From Centroscyllium fabricii (taxonomy: Eukaryota), in contig JBNRSN020000018.1 of the NCBI GenBank assembly GCA_051313645.2, positions 35,154,001 through 35,218,000 of the forward strand: 64,000 nt of DNA, given 5' to 3'. A program made the translations under genes and the position numbers. The notes under the pieces are model-generated. The model saw only the letters and a program-made list of their open reading frames with translations. It made no database searches and was not told the origin of the DNA. Below are positions 24,776 to 36,500 of this stretch, piece by piece (within the stretch, counting starts at the first letter, position 1; every line of letters begins with the position of its first letter).

Positions 24776-26820
24776 ACAAGAGCAGGCCAGAGGCTGGGAA
24801 TTCTGCGGCAAGTATCTCACCTCCTGACTCCCCAAAGCCTTTCCACCATCTACAAGGCACAAGTCAGGAGTGTGATGGAATACTCTCCACTTGCCTGGAT
24901 GAGTGCAGCTCCAACAACACAAGAAGCTCGACACCATTCAGGATAAAGCAGGCCGCTTGATTGGCACTCCCTCCACCACCGGCGCACTGTGGCTGCAGTG
25001 TGTACCATCTACAAGATGCACTGCAGCAACTCGCCAAAGCTCCTTCAACAGCACCTTCCAAACCCGCGACCTCTACCACTTCATGTTTGACAAATTTGCT
25101 AGAGTTCTTTGAGGACATAATATATAGGGTGGATAAAGGGGAACCAGTGGATGTGTATTTGGACTTCCAAAAGGCATTTGACAAGGTGCCCCACAGAAGA
25201 TTATTACTCAAGATAAAAAATCACAGGGTTGGGGGTAATATTCTGGCATGGGTGGAGGATTGGCTTTCTAACAGAAAACAGAGTTGGGATAAATGGTTCG
25301 TTCTCAGACTGGCAGTCAGTCACTAGTGGTGTTCCGCAAGGGTCGGTGCTGGGACCCCAACTCTTTACAATCTATATTAACGATTTGGAAGAAGGGACCA
25401 AGTGCAACATATCAAAGTTTGCGGATGACACAAAAATGGGAGGGAGGGTGATGAATGAGGAGGACATTAAAAACCTGCAAAAGGACATAGATAGGCTAAG
25501 TGAGTGGGCAGAGATTTGGCAGATGGAGTATAATACTGGAAAATGTGTTATGCACTTTGGCAGGAAAAATAATAGAGCGAGTTATTATCTAAATGGAAAG
25601 GAACTGGAAAGTACTTCAGTGCAAAGGGATCTGGGGGTCCTGGTGCAGGGGACACAAAGTTAATATGCAGGTGCAGCAGGTGGTAAGGAAGGCCAACGGA
25701 ATGTTGGCTTTTATTGCTAGGGGGATTGAGTATAAAAGCAGGGAGGTCTTGCTGCAGTTGTACAGGGTATTGGTGAGACCACACCTGGAATACTGCGTGC
25801 AATTCTGGTGTCCCTATTTAAGAAAGGACATACTTGCTCTCGAGGCAGTGCAGAGAAGATTCACTAGGTTAATTCCGGGGATGAGGGGGGCTAACATATG
25901 ACGAGAGGCTGAGTAGATTGGGCCTCTACTCATTGGAGTTCAGAAGAATGAGAGGCGATCTTATTGAAATATATAAGATTGTGAGAGGGCTTGATCGGGT
26001 GGATGCGGTGAGGATGTTCCCAATGGTGGGTGAGACTAGGACTAGGGGGCATAATCTTAAAATAAGGGGCTCCCATTTCAAAACTGAGATGAGGGGGAAC
26101 TTCTTTACTCAGAGGGTGGTGCGGCTGTGGAATTTGCTGCCCCAGAGAGCTGTAGAAGCTACTACGTTGAATAAATTTAAAACTGAGATAGACAGTTTCC
26201 TGGAATTAAAGGGAATTAGGGGTTATGGTGAACGGGCTGGTAAGTGGACGTGAGGCTAGGTTCACATCGGCCATGTGATCTCCTGGACCAGTTTTCGATT
26301 GCCTCGATGGGTCGGAGAGGAATTTTCCTGATTTTTATTTATTTTTTTCTCCAAAATTGGCTACTTTTTTAAAATCTGGTTTTTCACCTCTCCCAGGTGA
26401 TCACATTGGTCTGGGCGGGGTGGAGAGTAAAAATAAAATTGAGGTTAGGATCAGATCAGCCATGATCTTGTTGAATGGCGGAGCAGGCTCAAGGGGCCGA
26501 TTGGCCTACTCCTGCTCCTATTTCTTATGTTCTTATGTTCTAGAAGGACATGGGCAGCAGACGCATGGGAACAGCACCACCTACAAGTTCCCCTCCAAGC
26601 CACACACCATCCTGACTTGGACCTGTATCGCCGCTCCTTCACTGTCGCTGGGCCAAAATCCTGGAACTCCCTTCCTAACAACATTGTGGGTGTACCTACA
26701 CCATATGGACTGCAGCGGTTCAAGAAGGTGGCTCACCACCATCTTCGAGGGCAATTAGGGATGGGCACTAAATGCAGGCCTAGCCAGCCAGCGACACCCA
26801 TACATCAATGAATATATATA
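24776..26820 (+). mobile_element. Family A LINE 3' fragment split by a CR1 insertion (24776-25080 and 26539-26820)
   Basis: The two halves are contiguous in the copy at 32695-33500 (ctctaccact-tagaaggac). Confidence 0.85.
25081..26538 (+). mobile_element. CR1/HER1-type LINE, 5' truncated
   Basis: SCLTNLLEFFE, LDFQKAFDKVPH, SGVPQGSVLGP, FADDTK, RPHLEYCVQFW, FFTQRVV; (ttcttatg)n tail. Confidence 0.92.
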
Positions 26821-27658
26821 TTTTTTTTTAATTAGTGCTCATTGTATCCAAGATCTGTTCCACTATTTCAGTAGGTTACAAACATACAGAAAGACTGGGA
26901 GACTCACTGGTCCCAGTAAGCACAAGTGATGTCTCGTGCATCACCATACACACTCCCCACATGGACTCTCCTGGGAAGAGTCAAAAAACATAAAATCCCA
27001 GGTGAATTAGGGGAAGATATTATGGAAAATTCCTCTCCGACTCCTTTGTGATGTGATTGAAACTAGTCCAGATCACATCCACCCTGATTTATAGTACAGG
27101 TACAAGGCAATCTCCACCCCAGTCAGAAACAGGTTCAGCTCTCTTGAAGGAACAGAGAGTCAGCGTTCACCACACGAGCCACCAGCCTGTACCACAGGTC
27201 AACACAACCCAGCGCTGCCCTTCCATAATTTGCAACCGTGACCTCGGGTCTGCCCTATCCTATCCAGTTACAACAAACACAATCTAGTCCCTTCATTGGT
27301 TGATAAACCTCATACCAGAGTGTCTGCTCTTCTAAATTATACAAACTCAACTTTGGTCTCGTCAAAAGGAAGGATATACTTGCCTTGGAGGCAGTGCAAC
27401 CAAGGTTCACTAGATTGATTCCTGGGGTGAGAGGGCTGTCCTATGAGGAGAGATTGTGTAGATTGGGCCGATACTCTGGAGTTTAGATTAGAGGCGATCT
27501 CATTGAAACACAAGATTCTGAAGGGGATTGACAGCCGAGAGGGGCAGTGATATCCATTGTAATCGCCTCATCACAGGGCTTCAACTTGGGTACCAGGACA
27601 GCTCATGTAATTTCTCTAGCATGGAGTCAAGCTTCAGGTTGTAAATGGAGATACAAAT

Positions 27659-27664
27659 TTTATT
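27659..27664 (-). terminator. Candidate CAX polyadenylation signal
   Basis: AATAAA on the - strand ~600 nt after the CAX stop codon, in an AT-rich stretch. Confidence 0.5.
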
Positions 27665-28264
27665 TTAAACAAAGTTCATAATGACCCTATAAAATACAGT
27701 TTGCCTACCTACACAGCAACTCCAAACACTAAATTCCATAAGTTACTTTAGTAAGAAAGCCACACAAGCTTCCTCCCAAAAATATTTTTACATCAAGTCT
27801 TTAGTACAAGTTCAATTTTTCCAAAACATAGGAAACCGTATTTAGATCAAACAGCAGCAGTTAATGGAATCACAAACTCAAGGAAGTTGTTCTGTGTTGA
27901 GGCCAGCATAGCTTCAGAGGGAGTCTCTCCATACAGAACCTCATCCAAAAAATATCTGAAACAAGATAACCGAGCTCTTCTCCCCCCCCGAAGCAGGGGA
28001 CAGGTCAGAGAAGTGGATCGATGGGAGGTGAATCGAATCACCACAAGACTGTTGATCTTCAAATTGTGTCACTAAACCTCCGCACGGAGGAATTTTCAGT
28101 TCCCACAGCAGCACCAACTCCCACTTAAGAGGTCTGGATTATGGTCCCTCTCCTGGCAGGTAGAAATGGGAGAAGACTCTGAAGACTTGTTGGCTGCCAA
28201 TAATTATTCTAGAGCTGTTCAATCAAACCGTCAAAGTCACGTAAGCAGTTCAATGAATCCACCT

Positions 28265-28338
28265 TCAGCACCCACTTGGAGATGGGGCAAAGTAGTACAT
28301 GGCCATGATGATCAGGTAGACGACAACCAGCGGGGTGC
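28265..28338 (-). CDS. CAX: CAX terminal coding exon (GTPLVVVYLIIMAMYYFAPSPSGC*)
   Basis: ccacag acceptor; TGA at 28265-28267; last transmembrane helix. Confidence 0.92.
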
Positions 28339-31300
28339 CTGTGGAGACAAGTCAGTGTCAGGATTAAAGGATGGTAAATTACCACTTTTCAGAAGATTGC
28401 TCAAGGCAAAAGGACACCCTGTGCAGAAGAATGGAAGATCGTCTGCTCTCAGCACCTGACTAGCATAAAGCACCCGAGATACAGACAAGCATAGATCAGT
28501 TGGGCCGAATGGCCTGTTTCTGCTGTACATTCTATGCAAGCGCTGCTCAGTCTCTGTTGCTGGGATTCTTGACTCAAAACCAACTCCCACCTCAGTCAGA
28601 TTTCACATGAGCCTTAAATACATCAATTGGAACTGGATCAAACAGCTTCAGTTTAACTTAGGCCAAAGAGTACAAGAGATTCAATTCTGGGGCCCACAGG
28701 CAATGGCAAAGGGTTTGACTCACTGTCTTCAATCCTACAATTAATTGTTTTGTAATTTTCCTCTTTAAATAAAAAAAATGGGGCTGGTCAAAACTGCCAG
28801 AAAGTCCTTCAACTCTAATAGATCAGAGTGCACCCAAACTATGATAGGATTAGACTGTTACAGTAACCCAGCCACAGCAAAGAAAGAAAGGACTTTCATG
28901 AGGCCAGGTAGTCCCAAAGCACTTTATATCCAATTAAGTACTTTAAGTATGGCCACTGTTTTAATGTCAGCAAACATGGCAACCAATTTGCACACAGCAA
29001 GGTTCCACAAACAGCAATGTTAAATGACCTGATTATTTTTAAATAATGTTGATACAGCTGAGGCGGCTGCCATTTGGCCCATTGTGCCTGTTTTTTGAAA
29101 GTCCCATTCCCCTGCTCTTTCCCTATAGTGCTACAAATCTTCTTCGCAAGTATTTATCCAATTCCCTCTTCGAAGTTAGTATTGAATCTGCTTCCACCAG
29201 CCTTTCAGGTCGTGCATTGCAGATCATAACTTACTGTGTAAAAAATAATTCTCCTCATCTGCCTCTCCTAGTTCTTTTGCCAATCTAAAGTGGTTCCTGA
29301 GGGGAGGGATATTACTGCTGGGAAATGAAACATTCCCATTTCAGGCAGCCAGTGTCAGGTATAGCACAGGTCGGACACAGAGTGGAGATCCGCTCCGCTG
29401 GCTCATGTAGAGCACCCTTTGTACAATGTGACATTTCCCCACATCACCAGTGTGGTAACCGTTGTATGTATTGCAATTACCACCATAATATTGTATCCAA
29501 TATTATCTGTACGTATAGCGGTCGGGTGCATGATGCAACGGTCCTGTGTTGCGACACTGTCGTGGGGCCAGGTCAGCCACACCTCTAACTCCTCCCCTCA
29601 GGTGAGTGCCTTATAGGTGGGGACTGACCGGCCCCCATTCATTCTGTACCTGATGTTCGATCGGAGCGTAGCTCCATTGTAAGCTAATAAAAGCCTGGAG
29701 TTAAGGTAACTACTCGTCTTTAGTTTTATTAGATTATTGACGATACGTCAACCAGTTCCCCATGGCCTCCAGTCAAAATGCCAGCTTAGTGCTGTGGGAT
29801 TGTGTTCATTAGGAACTGGATCAAGTTGCCCTCTTTATCCAATAGCTGCAGGTTGGATATGAATCAGGGAGGGGGGGGGGGGGGGAAGGGCAGCGTGCTG
29901 ACCCATTGCACCACTCACTCCCTCTGTACCCAAGTCACTATTCTATTCTAGAATGCAGATAATCCAGGATGTGGCGAGTCTCACTACTCCATCTGAAGTC
30001 GCTCAGATCTGGCAACTGCACAGGTTACTGTTTGAGCCTGGTTGCTTATCTTGAGCCAAAGCAGATCCCACCAGTTGTTGGAATGTGACCGTATTCCATT
30101 CCAGAGACTTGAGCACAAAGTCCAGGCAGACACGTCAGTGCAGTAGAGGGAGTGCTGCTTTGTCGGCGGTGCCATCTTTCAGTTGAGACGTTAAACCCAG
30201 GCCCCATCTGCTCTCAAGTGGATGTAAAAGATCCTATGGCACTATTTTGAAGAGCAGGGGAGTTCATTCTGGTGTCCAGGCCAATATTTATCCTTCACCC
30301 AACATCACAAAAAAGTGACCTGGTCATTTAACAGTTTGTAGGAGCTTGCGGTGTGCAAATTAGCTACCACATTTCCTAAATTACAACAGTGTCTACAGTT
30401 CAAAAATACATCATTGGCTTCAAAGCATTTCAGGACATCCTGAAAGGCACTATATAAATGAAAGTCTTTATTGGTAAGTGGTTAGGACACAGGCTTGTAC
30501 CCTTGCTCAGCATAGGGCAGAGAGCATGTCTCAGTTACTGGTCGGGCTACAAATAGAGTACGTGCTCGGTCCTGTGCGACTTGGACAGAATGACTGACTA
30601 AGTAAATGCAAACAAGACCATTGACCAAACATTTGATTACATCACTTGCGTAGAGGTGTAAGCAAACACAACTCACTGCCCCTCTCCCCTGGTGTGGGTC
30701 TCTGCAATATGTATTGTACGGTTTCACAAGAATCATGCGGAATCTGTTACAAGTCCAAGAACCACATATTTTATTCCTCTATACAGCTCAATAAAGAAAG
30801 TCAACCTACCCTGGAAATAGTCACACTTGCCATCCATGAAGATATAGTTCATTAAGATGACACTGAATATTGACGCCCAAAGGTGGAGATCACTGAAGAG
30901 CAAAGTAAAGCCTACAGGCTAATCAAAAGCAAATGGCACATGGTCAGTACATGGGCAGTCAAAACCATTTTCTTTGCACAAAGTTTTTACATCCAGACTT
31001 CCCAAGCTCCACCTTACACAAGCTAGTTTGTTCAAAACTCTGCTGCCCATACTCTTTCCTAGATTACATGTTATCAGCCCTTTTCTCAAACTTTTAACAG
31101 CTCCCATCCATAATAGTGAATTCAAAATCCTCATCCTGGCGTACAAATCCTTCCAAAGCCTTGCCCCCACCACCCTCCCTCACCTCCTCTAGCCCTAGAT
31201 GCTTCCACCAAATCTGGTTTCCCTCCCATAGAAACATAGAAGATAGGAGCAGGAGTAGGCCATTCGGCCCTTCGAACCTGCTCCGCCATTCAATGAGATC

Positions 31301-33526
31301 ATGGCTGATCATCCAAACCCAGTACCCTGTCCCGGCCTTGTCCCCATATCCCTCGATCCCTATCGAGCCTGCACCGACACATATCCCACCCTATCCCCGT
31401 AACCCCACATATTTAATCCCCCTAACACTAAGGGTCAATTTATCCTGGCCAATCAACCTAACCCACACATCTTTGGACTGTGGGAGGAAACCAGAGCACC
31501 CGGAGGAAACCCACGCAGACACAGGGAGAATGTGCAAACTCCACACAGATAGTCACCCGAGGCTGGATTTGAACCCGGGTCTCTAGTGCTGTAAGGCAAC
31601 AGTGCTAACCACTATGCCACCGATTTCCATTCCACCAGTGGCAAACCCACACACTAGATCACACACAGGCCCGCCCACAACCTGGCTACCTCACCCCATC
31701 TGCAAAAGCCTCAAACCTCCCCTGGATCTCTCCCAGCTCTGCTCAGTGACTAGGCCTGCGAAAAGCACCTCAGGAAGTTTGCCACAAGGCTGCACACAAA
31801 AGCAAGTAGTTGGTTTTCAGCTAATGAGCACACCTACATGGGAGTTACATACTTACATAAATGACAGAGAAGAGCACCAAGACTGGGATTTGCAGCATAC
31901 ACACTTGTACAGCAATGGAACTTCCAACTTCCAGGCTGAGGAGACAGATCAAGATGGATGAACCCAAATCTACAAGGAGCAACACTGCTTTGCTGAAGTA
32001 CATCCTATCCTTGACCTCTCCAAGCAATTGGTTGCCCCCTTGTATCCTGCTTTTGCAGTTTGCCTTGTACTTTATAATAAAGACTGAACACATTTGGATG
32101 CCTGCTCCCAGGCCACTTACCATTTTGGCTTCTAACTAGCCCATGATTAGTTCAGCCTGTGGACAGCTGGCAGTGGAATGTAGAGAGGGGAAAGGCAGTT
32201 CCTGCTCCCAGATGCCCCATAGCGCGCACACACACACACAGAACTCTGACCCAAAAGGTTTTAGTGCCTCACGTAGCCTCCCCAATATCTTATGGCACAA
32301 AACAGACAGCCTCTGGACCACAGACAGCGCATTAAAGGTCAAAGATCAGATTGACAGCAACATACCTGAGGCTGATGTTGTTTTGCAATGCAAACTGGAT
32401 TCCATTTACAATCTCAGGAAGCTCAGGGACCATTGCCAAGACAGTTACACCAAGGAAGTACTGTTATTGATAGGAAAAACACACAAGAGGAAAGCAGTTA
32501 GAATAAAGCAGTCTCCATATCAATTTCTTCCTCTTTCCAGTCAAAACAAGCAATAAAGAATCAAGATGTAGAACACTGAATGAAGAGGCCAATCCAGAAC
32601 ATTCCATTGTACAATCTCCCAGAGTCCACCCCCATCTATTTAACCTGGAGGGAAAGTTCTGCACTTAAAATAAACCTCAGCTAATCTTTTTTTTAAATCC
32701 ATTGATGGGATGTGGGCGTCACTGGCTGGCTAGGCCTGCATTTAGTGCCCATCCCTAATTGCCTTTGAGAAGATGGTGGTGAGCCGCCTTCTTGAACCGC
32801 TGCAGTCCATATGGTGTAGGTACACCCACAATGTTGTTAGGAAGGGAGTTCCAGGATTTTGGCCCAGCGGCAGTGAAGGAGCGGCGATACAGGTCCAAGT
32901 CAGGATGGTGTGTGGCTTGGAGGGGAACTTGTAGGTGGTGCTGTTCCCATGCGTCTGCTGCCCTTGTCCTTCTAAGTGGTAGAGGTCGCGGGTTTGGAAG
33001 GTGCTGTTGAAGGAGCTTTGGTGAGTTGCTGCAGTGCATCTTGTAGATGGTACACACTGCAGCCACAGTGCGCCTGTGATGGAGGGAGTGAATGTTGAAG
33101 GTGGTGGATGGAGTGCCAATCAAGCAGCCTGATTTATCCTGAATGGTGTCGAGCTTCGAGTGTTGTTGGAGCTGCACTCATCCAGGCAAGTGGAGAGTAT
33201 TCCATCACACTCCTGACTTGTGCCTTGTAGATGGTGGAAAGGCTTTGGGGAGTCAGGAGGTGAGACACCCGCCGCAGAATTCCCAGCCTCTGGCCTGCTC
33301 TTGTAGCCACAGTATTTATATGGCTGGTCCAGTTCAGTTTCCTATCCATGGTAACCCCCAGGATGTCGATAGTGGGGGATTCAGCGATGATAATGCCATT
33401 GAATGTCAAGAGGAGATGGTTAGTCTCGCTTGTTGGAGATGGTCATTGCCTAGCACTTGTGTGGTGCGAATGTCTTGCCACTTGTCAGCCCAAGTCTGAA
33501 TCCACAGCCCAAGTCTGAATCTACAG

Positions 33527-33567
<41 letters not shown>

Positions 33568-36500
33568 ATTACCCTTCTCCCCACCAAGCTCCACATGTCC
33601 CAAGTGACCCAATCTGGATTCTCTGCCTCTTCCTAGTCCTGGCACATTCTTGCTCTATCCCCCATCTCAAGTTTTATCCAGCCCCACACCCCCTCACTGG
33701 GACTCCGTTACCACTGGTCCCCTCTCCGCTCCACCAGAGGCCACAGTGCCCCTCTCCTCCAGGAGTTCTCTTCTAAACCAGCAGAGGCTTTTAAAGGCAA
33801 GTGTCAAACACCTTAGTGTCCACTTGTCCTTGGAGGAGACTTACAAGTGTTACAAAAACAAGCTTCTGAGACACTACCGTATGGATTTATTTTGAAAAAT
33901 ATCCTGTACCAGGGTTTGTGTAGCTATTAAATCACAAGTATGAGCCACACTAGTGACCAGTGGTGGAAGCAGAAATCAATAACAATTTTCAAAAAGGGAA
34001 TTGGATAAATATTTTAAAAGGAAAAATTTGCAGGGCTATGGGAAAGAGCAGAGGTTGTGGGATGCATTGGCTAGCTCGTTCAAAGAGCTGGCACAGCCAC
34101 GATGGGCCCAACGGCCTCTTTCAGGGCTGTGTAATTCGAAGAGTCAAAAACATGTAGCCATATATCAAAGAGGAGCACCAGTTAGACAATTTTTTGAAAA
34201 AAGCTCAATGCCGAATTGGCAGACAAAACCAAAATTGCTTATACACAGCAAACTAACTCAGCAGAGACAGGGCCAACCTGGGGCTTCCTGCTGTACATGG
34301 CTCAGTTACTCAGTGCCAAAACCCACAGCCATTCACCCCATCCCTCACATCTATACATGTAGATGTAATAAACATACGGTGCTATGTACTCACTGAACAG
34401 AACATTGAGACAGCAATGCAGTGACTTACCGGTGAGATTGCAGAGCTGGACAGCAAGGGGTCAATGTGCTCAGACACCAACTCTGCACAGGCAGACATGA
34501 AAATAGTGGCAACAATGAGCAGCACCACAGCTCTCCATCGTGACCAGTGGATGACAATACTGTGACTATGTCCTGGAACTGGGGAGAAGATACAAGTTAA
34601 GCCAACACCAGCAAACAACTTATTTTGTATAAGAGCAGTGTGACTAATCAGATAGCTCTACCAGAGAGCCACCACAGGCACAATGGGCTGAATAGCCTCC
34701 TTCTGCCCTTTATCATTCTATGATTTTATGAAGGTGCGCAAAGTCAGATTACTCAATAGGTAGTTAGTGCCAGGCTGGATTCAAGTTCTGGGTCATCAGC
34801 CTTCCATACTTTGGAATGAGAACCCCAGCTTCATGGAAAGTGGAAATTCAGGGACTCCAGGTACATGGAAAGGCAGTGATGCTTGGGGGAAATCCCAGGT
34901 GCACTGAACACAAGACAGGCCATAGAAACGGAGCTGGCCACAATTGGCAAGGAGACACTCAACAAGCATGCCCCCTTAGCCCATGTGGCAGGACAGGGAT
35001 GTTTATCTGCTGCAAAAGTGTTACTTTATTAGTCAGACAAGTAAACAAGCAACTTATCCCAAGGCTGGGAGAAGAGGTACTTACCATGGCAGTCACTGAT
35101 GTGAATATCGTAGATGTGGGTGTGTGTCTTCAGAGCAAAGACGAGACCAATCACATATGATGCAGGGAGAAGTATGCACACCGTGTAGATCAGGGGCCTG
35201 AAGGAGAGACAGAGAATTATCATTCGTGTTACAGGAAACATACCCTGCGTGCGATGCTTCAGTGACCCTGCGTGCGATGCTTCAGTGACCCTGCGTGCGA
35301 TGCTTCAGTGACACCCTGTACAAAGTGCAGTGAATCCCACATCCCCACCATTCTATCTGTCCCCTTACTGCAGCCTTCCAGATCATTAATCTTACAAGAA
35401 AATGGCAACCTGTTCAGCTACCGCGTTTACATTCAGCCATTTTAGGTTTGTTTGCATTCCCTCATCCCCAGTTTGTATACAGTCCGAATAGGCACTTGTT
35501 CTGCATGCATATTCAGCACATGGCTCCTCTCCCCCTGTACCCGAGAGCAGGAGGAGCAAAACAAGAGAACAAAGCGTTTTTAAAAACCCATGTACTTACT
35601 GGACGTGATTGTGAAACAAGGTGTTGTTCTGCAGCTGTGAGGAAGGGGAGGTGGAGAAATGAGAATATTTCTAATCAGAAAGGATTTAAAATCCTGAAAC
35701 TTCAATGCTACTTTAATACAGCTATTTTCAAGCATCAATGAGAGATAGACCCAATTCCCCCTCAGATAGAGACAGTCCTCAAAGCATCAGACCGTAATAG
35801 CAGGCACTTGGCCTTCTCTATCCTACCCAGAAAATGCATTCCCCACCGTCACTGAACATCCCGACTTGGCTGCATTAATGTGCAGTGAGGAGGAGGGTAA
35901 ATGCCACCCCGACCCCAAAAAAGCCTGGAAAACAGCTGAAGCCTTGTTCCCCACCCACCCCCCCAAAATAAAAGGGGGTGCCTGAGGCAACGAGCTGTAT
36001 TAATGCCACCAACAAACAAACCATCCTAGAGTCATTACAACTTAGGGAAAGATGATTCCTCACATTTCCTTTGTAACCAAGGTGCAGTGGAGCATGAGGA
36101 GAGAAGCTTCATAAGGAACTTTACATACACCCTGCACCTTTACCTTGTGCCAAGGTTATCAGCCGCAGCTCACACGTCATCTCAGAGTCAGAAGGTTTTG
36201 AGTTCAAATGCCACTCGAGACTTGAGCCCATAATAGAGGCAGACGTGCCAGTGCAGAACCGAGGGAGTGCTGCACGGTCGAGGTTTGAAGGCAGCGACAG
36301 ATGCACAATAAATCATGGCCTTGCCAGCAATGCCCACATCGCGTGAATGAATAAATAAGATGCGGTCTTAAACTGGGGCTCCGTATGCCCTCTCGGGTAG
36401 ATGTGAAAGATCGCATGGCACTATTCAAAGAGGAGCAGGGGCGTTCTCCCCAGTGACCTGGCCAAGATTTATCCCTCAATTATCACTGCAACCAATTATC

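Noticed and set aside
28330-28336. Pro in GTPLVVVY as a sign of CAX pseudogenisation
   Set aside because: I cannot verify the ortholog residue, and every exon and splice site is otherwise intact.
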